Assembly: GCA_965217585.1 (NCBI GenBank)
Contig: OZ244561.1
Location: forward strand, 2,784,001-2,848,000
Direction: 5' to 3'
From: Candidatus Latescibacterota bacterium
GTDB lineage: Bacteria > Latescibacterota > UBA2968 > UBA8231
Length of the DNA stretch: 64,000 bases
Below, in pieces: positions 1-9,291 of the stretch. Positions within the stretch are counted from its first letter, which is position 1, and each line of letters begins with the position of its first letter. The translations under genes and the position numbers were made by a program. The notes beneath the pieces were generated by a model. The model searched no databases, was not told where the DNA came from, and saw only the letters and a program-made list of their open reading frames with translations.

Positions 1-367
1 GGATTTCGACGCCGTGGCAGACGCAGCCTATGGGCTTGTCGTGGTGAAAAAAGTAGCGGGTAATGCGAATCAGGTCCGGGTCGTCGCGGATGTATTCGGG
101 GGCGCGCCCTCCGGAGAAAAAGATCCCCACGTACTCTTCGGGCACGATGTGGCGGAAGGCGATGTCGGCTTGGATGGTATAGCCCTCAAATTCGCGGGTG
201 ATGTCCCAACCCTCGGCCGGGACCTCGTGCAGAACCATGTTGTAGCGGCGGGCGTCCGGCCCGGCCACCACGGGCGCGAATCCCTCTTCTTGGACGCGCA
301 GGTAGGGATAGAGCGTGTCGACGGTTTCGGTGGCATCGCCGACGATGATGAGGACTTTGGCGGTCAC
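1..367 (-). CDS. DJ-1/PfpI family protein (runs off window start)
   Basis: Not in the ORF track. Manual translation from GTG at 367 (AAGGGAG RBS) gives VTAKVLIIVGDATETVDTLYP...FFSGGRAPEYIR...KPIGCVCHGVEI, with the PfpI GGRAPEY and nucleophile CHG motifs. Confidence 0.85.
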   Translation of the reverse strand, partial: MTAKVLIIVGDATETVDTLYPYLRVQEEGFAPVVAGPDARRYNMVLHEVPAEGWDITREFEGYTIQADIAFRHIVPEEYVGIFFSGGRAPEYIRDDPDLIRITRYFFHHDKPIGCVCHGVEI

Positions 368-485
368 TGCATTCTCCCTTGGACGATGTAGGCTGGTGGG
401 ATACCTTTTTCGCGCCGGAGAAACTAATGTGCCATATTGGGTGCAGCAAGCTGTAATCACGTCTTAAAGACGCAAGGAGGTTATC

Positions 486-1361
486 GTGGAATACCGCCGC
501 TTTGGACAGACAGACATGGAGCTGAGCACCATTGGCTTGGGTGGGCTGTTGGCCCGCTACGAGGGCATCAACGGCCATCCGCCGCCCGCGGAGAAGCGCC
601 GAATTTACCTGCGGGCCGCCGAGCTGGGCGTCAACCTCTTCGACATGGGCTACGGCGACGAGGTCCACATCCCCGATGAGCTGAAAGGCCCGCGAGACGA
701 CCGCTTCTTCTCGCTCAAGGTGGGTGCGCCCGCAGCCGCTGAGGTGGAAGGGACTATCGACAAGCACCTCGCCAATGTGCGCCGCGAGGCCATTGATATT
801 TTGCGGGTACACCACTATGCCTATCTGCAAAACGAGGGCTTGGCCGAGCGCATTGCCGAGTGCAAGGCCAAAGGCAAAGTGCGCGCCCTGTGCTTGATTC
901 GGCACATGCTGGCCGACCAACAAGCCTACGCCACGCGCGGTCCCGAACCCGAGGCGGACGCTGATTTGGTCATCTACAACTACGTCTGCCGCTGGCAGGC
1001 CCCAGGCATTGCGGCGTCGGCCTGGGCCGGGAAGGGCGTGCTGATTATGAAGGCCCTGGGTGGCCAGTGGCTTAGCTGGGCCGACAAGACGCAGACCGAC
1101 TGGTCGGCAGTGGACGAGTCAAGGGTTGAGGAGCTATCGCCAAGGGGCGAAGGCATTCGCCGAGAGCTGCCGCTGGTCTATCCTGTTGTCTCAGGCCCTT
1201 GGCACGAGCTGGCTGAGCCGGGCGAGCCGGTGCCGCGCACCGAGCGGGCGATACAGTGGGTGCTGGCGACCGAGGGAGTACACTGCACTTTGGTGGCCTT
1301 TGCCAGCGTCGAGGAATTGGAGGAAGGGTTGGGAGTGATGGAGGCAAGTGCTGTCGTTTGA
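486..1361 (+). CDS. Aldo/keto reductase family protein
   Basis: MEYRRFGQTDMELSTIGLGG, GVNLFDMGYG, IDILRVH and VLIMKALGG motifs; AAGGAGG RBS. Confidence 0.8.
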   Translation: MEYRRFGQTDMELSTIGLGGLLARYEGINGHPPPAEKRRIYLRAAELGVNLFDMGYGDEVHIPDELKGPRDDRFFSLKVGAPAAAEVEGTIDKHLANVRREAIDILRVHHYAYLQNEGLAERIAECKAKGKVRALCLIRHMLADQQAYATRGPEPEADADLVIYNYVCRWQAPGIAASAWAGKGVLIMKALGGQWLSWADKTQTDWSAVDESRVEELSPRGEGIRRELPLVYPVVSGPWHELAEPGEPVPRTERAIQWVLATEGVHCTLVAFASVEELEEGLGVMEASAVV

Positions 1362-1404
1362 TTGGGGTATTAGATACTGATGTTACGTACGGCCCCCTAG
1401 GTAT

Positions 1405-1431
1405 GAGATGCTTCGCTCCGCTCAGCATGAC
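1405..1431. repeat. REP-like palindrome between convergent genes
   Basis: GAGATGCTTCGCTCCGCTCAGCATGAC is an imperfect hairpin of REP type; single copy seen in the window. Confidence 0.45.
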
Positions 1432-1436
1432 AGAAC

Positions 1437-2465
1437 CTATTCTTCTAGAAAGCTCCACATCGCGTCGAAATGCGCCCCTTCAATCGGCTCTCGCAGCACC
1501 GAATTGACGCCTTTTTCCGCCATGTAACGCGGCGCAAACGCCAGTCCCTTTTGCAGCGCCGTGCGTTCCAGCCCCATTTGCCTAGGCCGCCAGCGCACCT
1601 GACAGCGCTCCAGCCGCTGCGCCAACCCCGCGGTATCTCCCGCGCAGCACCACGTGATGATCATCGCCCCTAAGGCCACTAGCTCGCCGTGGATCCAAGT
1701 CTGTTGGTTGGCCGTCTCCAGCGCGATCCAGAACGGGTGATCGCCGCTTGCTGTGGGGGCCTTCAAATGCTGACTATCGCGCTCCTTAATCCGCTGCGCG
1801 ATGTTGGCCACACTCGCTTCCGTCATCCGCCCGTTGGGATCCAGCGTTGCGGCAAAAGAAGTTGTGATCGACTCGTGCTGGGCCACCTGCTGTGCCGCCA
1901 GCGCCGGGTCGAACGCTGCCCCTTGCCCCAAAGCCGCCCGCCGCCGCCACTCCTCCAGCCCCGCATGGCTGCAGAGGATGTCGCCTAGCCCGGCGGTGTG
2001 CAAGTGATCCGGTGCCTCGAGGACCACATCGACGTCCACGAGCACGTATTGGCAATCCACCCACGGCCAGTCGTCCAAACCGCCCACGGTCTGATAGCCG
2101 TCCCACCGCGCCACGTGGCTGTGGATGATTGCTCCGGAAGAGAGGATCGTCGGCACCAAGATCAGTTCGGCGTCCTTGTCGAGGGCTACGAACTTGGAAG
2201 CGTCGAGGGCCTTGCCGCCGCCCAAGCCGATGACCAGTTCGATCCCGGCTGGCAGCCGATCGCTGAGGTCCTGCTGATGCGCCGAGTCCAGCCACTCGGC
2301 AAAGACCACGCCCTCTGGCTCGCGCACGAGGTGGTCCTTGGCGGCTGCGTACGCGCTGGGCGTGGTCACAATAGCATACGCCGGCCAGCGGGCACTTTCT
2401 CGTTGCAACAAGCCGCGGGCGACGCGCATGTCGTATTCAGCAGCCGGTTTGCACTGGCTGCCCAT
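1437..2465 (-). CDS. Glycerol-1-phosphate dehydrogenase / iron-containing alcohol dehydrogenase-like protein
   Basis: IGLGGGKALDASK, VPTILSSG, AGLGDIL and HGELVALG motifs. Confidence 0.75.
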   Translation of the reverse strand: MGSQCKPAAEYDMRVARGLLQRESARWPAYAIVTTPSAYAAAKDHLVREPEGVVFAEWLDSAHQQDLSDRLPAGIELVIGLGGGKALDASKFVALDKDAELILVPTILSSGAIIHSHVARWDGYQTVGGLDDWPWVDCQYVLVDVDVVLEAPDHLHTAGLGDILCSHAGLEEWRRRAALGQGAAFDPALAAQQVAQHESITTSFAATLDPNGRMTEASVANIAQRIKERDSQHLKAPTASGDHPFWIALETANQQTWIHGELVALGAMIITWCCAGDTAGLAQRLERCQVRWRPRQMGLERTALQKGLAFAPRYMAEKGVNSVLREPIEGAHFDAMWSFLEE

Positions 2466-2619
2466 GATCCATCCTCTATTAGTTTTAGGCATTTGTTCTC
2501 CGTCGCTCTCGGGGATTAGCTCCTAGGCAAAACAAACTATTGCTCCTATGATTGCTAATGCACAACAATATACAAGCCCTTTTTGCGCCGCCAACGCATC
2601 TTCCTGAGTCCAAAAGCCT

Positions 2620-3534
2620 ATGTCCACTGCCCACATCGCCCGCGTGCTCTCCGCAATGGACGAGCCTTTCGTGCGCTACAAGATCCGTCTCAACGTCTCG
2701 GCTCGCCCGCCCCGCGAGCGCGAGATTCGCATTCTCCGCGACGAGATCCGCGAGTCGGTCTTGGTCCGCACCCTGTTGGCCGAGTTGGATGCTGCGGGCC
2801 GCATCCCCCTCCCGCCGAGCCACCGCTGGCGCGGTGCCCATTGGGTGCTCTACATGCTGGCCGACCTAGGCTCCGCGCCCCGCGACAAAAGCCTGTGGGC
2901 CTTGCGCGACCAAGCGTGCGAGTGGCTTTTGGATCCCAATCGCCTTGAGCCTATTTGCGGTGCAATCGAGGGCAATGCGCTGTACTACTTGCTCTTCCTC
3001 GAGATCGACGATGGTCGCGCCGACGCCTTGGCCCAGCGCCTCGCGGGCAGCTTGCCCAAGGCATTGGGCCGCAGTCCGGCTGCCTTCGGCCAAGCGCTCA
3101 CCGCCCTGCGCGGCCTCGCCCTGCACGCCCGCCTCCGCGCTGACCGCGTCTCTGCCGATGCCGCCGCCCGCCTCGCCGAGCACTTGCTCGCCCACCGCCT
3201 CTACCAAAAGCCCGATGGCAGCCCCTTGAGCGCGAACTGCGCCTCGTTGCACTATCCCTGCTACGAGCACTGCGATTTCCTCTTTGCCCTCAAGGTCATG
3301 GCCGAGGCCGGCCATCTCGCCGATGCGCGTTGCCGCGAGGCGCTCGATCTGCTCAAGTCGAAGCAACTCGCCGACGGCACGTTTCCGGCCGAGCGCAAAT
3401 ACTACCGAGTCGGGCGCGTCGGCAAGGGCGACGACTCGCTCGTCGATTGGGGCCGCCCCAACCGCAGCCGGCCCAACCTCCATGTCACCTGCGACGCGCT
3501 CGGCGTGCTCCACGCTGCGGGTGAGCGGTTTTGA
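2620..3534 (+). CDS. Hypothetical protein, prenyltransferase/squalene-cyclase-like barrel
   Basis: WRGAHWVL, LHYP.Y..CDFLFALKVMAE and KQLADGTFPAE (QW-like repeat). Confidence 0.55.
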   Translation: MSTAHIARVLSAMDEPFVRYKIRLNVSARPPREREIRILRDEIRESVLVRTLLAELDAAGRIPLPPSHRWRGAHWVLYMLADLGSAPRDKSLWALRDQACEWLLDPNRLEPICGAIEGNALYYLLFLEIDDGRADALAQRLAGSLPKALGRSPAAFGQALTALRGLALHARLRADRVSADAAARLAEHLLAHRLYQKPDGSPLSANCASLHYPCYEHCDFLFALKVMAEAGHLADARCREALDLLKSKQLADGTFPAERKYYRVGRVGKGDDSLVDWGRPNRSRPNLHVTCDALGVLHAAGERF

Positions 3535-3554
3535 GCGCCGCCGCAAAATGCTGA

Positions 3555-3670
3555 TATAGCAATCCTCAATCATTCACAAGATGATCCGCAGATGGACGCA
3601 GATAGACGCAGAATAGTATTCACAAGACGATTCGTATCTCGAATCGTTCAAGTCATTCAGAATCGCTATA
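3555..3670. mobile_element. 116-bp MITE-like element, copy 1
   Basis: Ends TATAGCAATCC...AATCGCTATA; a same-length related copy lies at 31758-31873. Confidence 0.7.
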
Positions 3671-3705
3671 TTGTACAACATCCGCCGCTTCACAGGTTTG
3701 CTACT

Positions 3706-4662
3706 ATGCGCTCTCTGCTGTTGTTCCTCTCCCTCGCCCTTGCGGGCTGCTATGCGGCCTCGCTCGCGCCCGATCCCGTAGGCCACTTTGCCGCGCGCAC
3801 CGACCACCTCCAGCGCCTAGAGCCGCTCGGCGAGCGCATCTTGCACGGGGCTGCGCTCAGCTTCGGGCCGCTGGATCCCGAAGAACGCACGCGCCCGCTC
3901 GTCTATGCCGTGTACTACGAACTCCACGACTTGCCCTACGACTGGCATCTGACGTTGGGCGCACATCTGGACCAGTACGCAGGCTACGGTCTCCCCCAAA
4001 TCGACCTCGGTTTCAACTCCGCCGGCCAGCCTTACGAGGAGGCCATTGCCGAAGGCCAGTTCGACGAGGCGATTGAGCGGCTCTGCTGGGGGTTGCAGGA
4101 GCTAGACCGCCCGGCCCTGCTGAGGTTGGGCTATGCGTTCAATAGCTCTTGGCGCGCCTATGAGGCGACGAGCTACATCGAGGCTTGGCAGCGGCTAGCG
4201 CAAACGCTGCGGGGTCGCTGGGGCTTGGACAACGTCGCGCTGATCTGGACGCATAAGGCCGACGGCGGCTCCGATTACTTGGCGTACTATCCGGGGGATG
4301 AGTACGTCGATTGGTGGTCGATTGACGTGGCTGCGCCGCAAGATCTGCGCCGCAGCCACGCCTTTATCGAGGCGGCGCAGGAGCGCGGCTACCCCGTGCT
4401 CGTCGGCGTGGTCACGCCAGTTACCACCGACCTAGGCCGGGCCGAGCAGGCGTGGCCTCGTTGGTTCGTCCCCTTCCTCCGCTTCTTGCGCCGCCACCCC
4501 AACATCAAGGCATTTACTTACATAGACTGGGACTGGTCGCAGGCGCAGCGCTTTGTTGATCCCGTGCTCTTTGCGCGCTACCGCAGCGAGTTGATGCACC
4601 CGATTTACCAACACGCTGCCCCGCCCGCCGAGTTGCGCTGGCACCTAAACCTCGATCCCTAG
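3706..4662 (+). CDS. Glycoside hydrolase family 26-like lipoprotein
   Basis: Lipobox LAGC; LLRLGYAFN and YYPGDEYVDWWSID motifs. Confidence 0.65.
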   Translation: MRSLLLFLSLALAGCYAASLAPDPVGHFAARTDHLQRLEPLGERILHGAALSFGPLDPEERTRPLVYAVYYELHDLPYDWHLTLGAHLDQYAGYGLPQIDLGFNSAGQPYEEAIAEGQFDEAIERLCWGLQELDRPALLRLGYAFNSSWRAYEATSYIEAWQRLAQTLRGRWGLDNVALIWTHKADGGSDYLAYYPGDEYVDWWSIDVAAPQDLRRSHAFIEAAQERGYPVLVGVVTPVTTDLGRAEQAWPRWFVPFLRFLRRHPNIKAFTYIDWDWSQAQRFVDPVLFARYRSELMHPIYQHAAPPAELRWHLNLDP

Positions 4663-4674
4663 CTTAGAGAAAGG

Positions 4675-5562
4675 ATGCAGCAAATGGATAAAATTGATGT
4701 TCACGTTCACGTCTTCGACCTGCCGAGCGAGCGGTTCCCCCGCGAGCTGAGCGGCCTTGCACCGGCCGACCGCGCCTGCCCGATAGAGGCGCTTTTGGCC
4801 GACATGGATGCTTCGGGCATCGAACGCGCGGTGCTGATCGAAATGAACGGCACCCAAATCGAACAGCACGCCTATGTCACGCATTGCGTGCGGACGTGGC
4901 CCGACCGCTTTACGGCGACGGGCTTGATCGACATGGACGACCCGGACCCGCCCGCTCGACTGCGCGAGCTCGTCGCCGCCACTGGCATTGAGGGGATCCG
5001 GCTGGGGGCGTTGGGCGACCCGGCTGCCCAGCGGGCTGAAGACCTGTCAACCTACGCGCTCTTCGAGTGTGCGGACGAGCTAGGAATCAACATCAACATC
5101 TACACCGGCGGGGCCCAGTTCCCCTGCATCGAACTGCTGGCCGCGGCCTTCCCCGGTGTGAACATTTCCCTCGACCATCTCGGCGTGATGCCGACCACGC
5201 CCGGCGGGCCGGACCGGTGGGGTCGCCCCCGCTTTGACGCCGAGCCGCTGCCGCCGGCCAACTATCCGCAAGTGATGGCGCTAGCCCGGTTCCCCAACGT
5301 CTATGTCAAAATTTCGGGGGAGTATGCGTTTTCTAAGGTGCCTTGGCCTTACGGGGATATGCAGGCCATGGTCGAGGATGTGTATCGGGCCTACGGCGCG
5401 GATCGCATGATGTGGTGTACGGATTCGCCGTGGATTGTGGTGGAACCTGGATACCAGAAACTGGTGGATTTGCTCGACTACCATCTGCCGAATATCTCCG
5501 CGGCGGAAAAAGAGATGATTATGGGCGGGACGGCACTGAAGCTGTGGTTTAAGGGGCGCTAG
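4675..5562 (+). CDS. Amidohydrolase_2 family protein
   Basis: IDVHVH, LDHLG, NVYVKISG and RMMWCTDSP motifs. Confidence 0.85.
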   Translation: MQQMDKIDVHVHVFDLPSERFPRELSGLAPADRACPIEALLADMDASGIERAVLIEMNGTQIEQHAYVTHCVRTWPDRFTATGLIDMDDPDPPARLRELVAATGIEGIRLGALGDPAAQRAEDLSTYALFECADELGININIYTGGAQFPCIELLAAAFPGVNISLDHLGVMPTTPGGPDRWGRPRFDAEPLPPANYPQVMALARFPNVYVKISGEYAFSKVPWPYGDMQAMVEDVYRAYGADRMMWCTDSPWIVVEPGYQKLVDLLDYHLPNISAAEKEMIMGGTALKLWFKGR

Positions 5563-5565
5563 CGC

Positions 5566-8004
5566 ATGGCTTTGAAGAAGTCGCAACTCTACTCGTCGCT
5601 GTGGCAAAGCTGCGACGAGTTGCGCGGCGGCATGGACGCTTCGCAGTACAAGGACTACGTCCTAACGCTGCTGTTTATGAAGTACGTCTCGGACAAGTAC
5701 GCTGACGATCCGTACCCGCTCATTGAAGTTCCACCCGGCGGCAGTTTCGCGGACATGGTAACGCTCAAGGGCGACAAGGAGATCGGCGATAAGATCAACA
5801 AGATCATCGGCCAGCTTGCCGAGGCTAACGACCTCAAGGGCGTCATCGATCAGGCCGATTTCAACGACGAGAGCAAGCTCGGCACGGGCAAGGAAATGCA
5901 GGATCGGCTCTCCAAGTTGGTCGCCATATTCGAGGGCCTCGACTTCCGCGCCAACCGCGCCGAAGGCGACGACCTGCTCGGCGATGCCTACGAATACTTG
6001 ATGCGGCACTTTGCCACTGAGTCGGGCAAGAGCAAGGGGCAGTTCTATACGCCGGCCGAGGTCTCACGCATTATGGCGCAAGTGGTCGGCATTGGCTCGG
6101 ATACCCAACAGGACCGGACGATCTACGACCCGACTTGTGGTTCTGGTTCGCTGCTGCTGAAGGCTGCGGACGAAGCGCCGCGCGGCATTACCGTTTACGG
6201 CCAGGAGATGGACAACGCCACCTATGCGCTGGCGCGGATGAACATGATCCTGCACGGCCACGAGACCGCCGAACTCTGGCGCGGCAACACCTTGGCCGCT
6301 CCGTACTTCAAGAACCCGGACGACCGTCTCAAGATCTTTGATTTTGCCGTCGCCAATCCGCCCTTTTCCGCCAAGGCTTGGTCCAGCGGTCTCGATCCGG
6401 CTAACGACGAGTTTGGGCGTTTTGCCTACGGGATCCCACCGGCGAAGAATGGAGACTATGCCTTCCTCTTGCATCTGATTGCGTCGCTCAATAGCAAGGG
6501 CAAGGGCGCAATCATCCTGCCGCACGGTGTGCTGTTTCGCGGCAACAAGGAGGCGGACATCCGCAAAAATCTCATCCGGCGTGGCTTTATCAAGGGTATC
6601 ATCGGTCTGCCGACCAACCTGTTCTACGGCACTGGCATTCCCGCCTGCATCTTGGTTCTCGATAAAGAGAATGCCCACGCCCGCAGCGGCATCTTCATGA
6701 TCGACGCGAGCAAGGGCTTCCTCAAGGACGGCAACAAGAATCGCCTGCGCGCCCAAGACATCCACCGGATCGTCGATGTGTTCAATCGGCAGACCGAGGT
6801 GCCGCGCTATTCTCGCATGGTGCCGGTGTCCGAGATCGCCAGTCCGGCGAACGACTATAATCTGAACATTCCGCGCTACATCGATTCCAGCGAACCGGAA
6901 GACCTGCACGACCTCGACGCGCATTTGCACGGTGGCATCCCCGACCGCGATCTCGACGCGCTCGGCACCTACTGGGACGTCTTTCCCTCGCTGCGTCAAG
7001 CGTTGTTTGTGGGCAACGGGCGGGTGGGCTACAGCGAGGCTCGCGTTGAGACGCCGCAAGTGAAGGCCGCCATTCTCGGTCATGGGGAGTTCGGGTCGTA
7101 CGAGGCGCGGGTCGCCGGTATCTTCGACGCTTGGCGTGAGGCGCACGAGCCGATTCTCAAGGGACTGGAGATAGACGCCAATCCCAAGGACATCATTCGC
7201 ACTCTGGCGGAGGATATGCTGGCGAGATTTGCCGACGTACCGCTGCTCGACGCGTACGATGTGTATCAGCGGCTGATGGACTATTGGGACGAGGTGATGC
7301 AGGACGATATGTATCTCATCGCCGCGGACGGTTGGGGCGAGGCGGCCAAGCCGCGCGGTATCGAAGACAAAGACAAAAAGATCAAAGAGACGCCGGACCT
7401 TACTATCAAGCGCAAGAAGTACAAGATGGACTTGATTCCTCCGGAGTTGATCGTCGCGCGTTACCTAGCCGATGAACAGGCCGCTGTCGAGGCGCTACAG
7501 GCCAAGCAGGAAGTGGCCGCGCGCGAGTTGGAGGAGTTCGTCGAAGAGCACACCGGCGAGGAGGGTTTGCTGGAAGACGCGGTGAACGACAAGGGCAAGG
7601 TCACCAAGGGCGGCGTGATGGAGCGGCTCAAGGCCATCCGGTACGAGCCGGAGAGCGACGAGGAACGCGATGCCCTCAAGCAATGTCGGACGTTGATTGA
7701 GTCTGACGCCGAGGCGGCCAAGGCTGTCAAGGAGGCCCAAGCTCGTTTGGATGAGCAGGTGCTGGCCCGCTATGGCGCGCTCACCGAAGCCGAGATCAAG
7801 ACGCTGGCGGTCGAGGACAAGTGGTTTGCCAGCATCCGGGGCGCTATCGAGGGTGAGGTGCAGCGGCTGACCCAGCAGCTCGCCGGGCGGGTGAAGGAAC
7901 TGGAAGAGCGCTACGCCTGTCCGCTGCCGGAGTTGGAGCGGGAGGTGGAGGCGTTTGGCGATAAGGTTGAGGGGCACTTGAAGCGGATGGGGATTTCGCT
8001 ATGA
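5566..8004 (+). CDS. hsdM: Type I R-M methyltransferase subunit M
   Basis: LRGGMDASQYKDY, GQFYTP, YDPTCGSG and NPPF motifs. Confidence 0.95.
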   Translation: MALKKSQLYSSLWQSCDELRGGMDASQYKDYVLTLLFMKYVSDKYADDPYPLIEVPPGGSFADMVTLKGDKEIGDKINKIIGQLAEANDLKGVIDQADFNDESKLGTGKEMQDRLSKLVAIFEGLDFRANRAEGDDLLGDAYEYLMRHFATESGKSKGQFYTPAEVSRIMAQVVGIGSDTQQDRTIYDPTCGSGSLLLKAADEAPRGITVYGQEMDNATYALARMNMILHGHETAELWRGNTLAAPYFKNPDDRLKIFDFAVANPPFSAKAWSSGLDPANDEFGRFAYGIPPAKNGDYAFLLHLIASLNSKGKGAIILPHGVLFRGNKEADIRKNLIRRGFIKGIIGLPTNLFYGTGIPACILVLDKENAHARSGIFMIDASKGFLKDGNKNRLRAQDIHRIVDVFNRQTEVPRYSRMVPVSEIASPANDYNLNIPRYIDSSEPEDLHDLDAHLHGGIPDRDLDALGTYWDVFPSLRQALFVGNGRVGYSEARVETPQVKAAILGHGEFGSYEARVAGIFDAWREAHEPILKGLEIDANPKDIIRTLAEDMLARFADVPLLDAYDVYQRLMDYWDEVMQDDMYLIAADGWGEAAKPRGIEDKDKKIKETPDLTIKRKKYKMDLIPPELIVARYLADEQAAVEALQAKQEVAARELEEFVEEHTGEEGLLEDAVNDKGKVTKGGVMERLKAIRYEPESDEERDALKQCRTLIESDAEAAKAVKEAQARLDEQVLARYGALTEAEIKTLAVEDKWFASIRGAIEGEVQRLTQQLAGRVKELEERYACPLPELEREVEAFGDKVEGHLKRMGISL

Positions 8005-9140
8005 GTCGAAAATTCGATTTTGAGAATCTCGTGGAGTTGTGTCGGCGAACCCACGAGGAAACACAACGCTCGGCGGCGCGTACCGTCGATAGTTCACTTG
8101 TAGTGCGAAACTATCTGTTCGGCTGGTATATCGTCGAGTATGAACAGCATGGCGCGGATAGGGCGGAATACGGCAGTCAGACCCTGCGAAAGCTCTCTGC
8201 TGCTTTGACGGCCACTATTGGTCGAGGCTTCGGCGAGAGAAATTTGCGGCAGATAAGGCAATTCTATCTGCGCTACAGCAGCCTACTGCAACAGCCTGCG
8301 ACACCACAGACTGATGGCTCCGAGATTTGGCAGACACCGTCTGCCAAATTCACAACTCCGGATCCAGAATCTCTCGCGCTACGAGCCATGACGACAGACT
8401 TGGCCCATCAAATCTCCCTCGGCTGGTCCCACTACGTCACTCTTCTGACCATCGACAATCCCGAAGAGCGCCGCTTTTACGAGGTTGAGGCTGCGGGCAA
8501 CGGCTGGAGTGTGCGCGAGTTGGAGCGGCAGATCGCCAGCTCCCTGTACGAGCGGCTCGCACTCAGCCGCGACAAGGAGGAAGTTCGTCGGCTTGCCAGC
8601 GAGGGGCAGGTGATCGAGAAGTCATCAGACTTGATTAAGAACCCACTGGTGCTGGAGTTTCTTGGGTTGAAGGAAAAGCCCGTCTATTCCGAAAGCGAAC
8701 TGGAAACAGCGATTATCGACCGGCTTCAGCACTTCTTGCTGGAGTTGGGCAAGGGATTTCTGTTCGAGGCGCGGCAGAAGCGGTTTACTTTCGACAACAG
8801 TCATTTCCGCGTGGATCTCGTTTTCTACAACCGGCTACTGCGCTGCTATGTTCTGATTGACCTCAAACGCGGCGAATTGACCCATCAGGACTTGGGTCAG
8901 ATGCAGATGTACGTCAACTACTTTGACCGCTATGTGAAGACTGACGACGAACTTCCGACCATCGGTATTGTGCTCTGTGGCCGCAAGAACGATGCCGTGG
9001 TTGAGCTGACGCTACCGGAAGAAGCCAACATCTACGCGTCGAAATACCAACTCTATCTGCCGTCGAAACAGGAGCTTGTAGCCCAACTGGAGAGCATCCA
9101 GAGAGAGTTGAACTATCGGGAAGGCGCAGACGATGAATAG
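8001..9140 (+). CDS. yhcG: YhcG/DUF1016 PD-(D/E)XK nuclease
   Basis: LGWSHY, WSVRELERQI, FLLELGKGF, DLVFYNRLLRCYVLIDLK and DLGQMQMYV motifs. Confidence 0.9.
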   Translation: MSRKFDFENLVELCRRTHEETQRSAARTVDSSLVVRNYLFGWYIVEYEQHGADRAEYGSQTLRKLSAALTATIGRGFGERNLRQIRQFYLRYSSLLQQPATPQTDGSEIWQTPSAKFTTPDPESLALRAMTTDLAHQISLGWSHYVTLLTIDNPEERRFYEVEAAGNGWSVRELERQIASSLYERLALSRDKEEVRRLASEGQVIEKSSDLIKNPLVLEFLGLKEKPVYSESELETAIIDRLQHFLLELGKGFLFEARQKRFTFDNSHFRVDLVFYNRLLRCYVLIDLKRGELTHQDLGQMQMYVNYFDRYVKTDDELPTIGIVLCGRKNDAVVELTLPEEANIYASKYQLYLPSKQELVAQLESIQRELNYREGADDE

Positions 9141-9291
9141 CGGGCAAGGGACAATGGGCAGCGCCGTTGGAGCCGGACGCCGTGCGCTGTCGAAAGAGGT
9201 ACCAGTGGGTTACAAGCGGACTGAGATGGAGGTGTTCGGCGCGAAGGTCGAGGGGCACTTGAAGCGGATGGGGCTGGGAGCGGTGCGATGA
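9133..9291 (+). CDS. 52-aa chimeric mini-ORF (HsdS N-terminus fused to HsdM C-terminus)
   Basis: MNSGQGTMGSAVGAGRRALSKEVPVGYKRTE-MEVFGAKVEGHLKRMGLGAVR. The first part matches the hsdS start (10903) and the second the hsdM end (7942-7992). It overlaps both neighbours. Confidence 0.6.
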   Translation: MNSGQGTMGSAVGAGRRALSKEVPVGYKRTEMEVFGAKVEGHLKRMGLGAVR

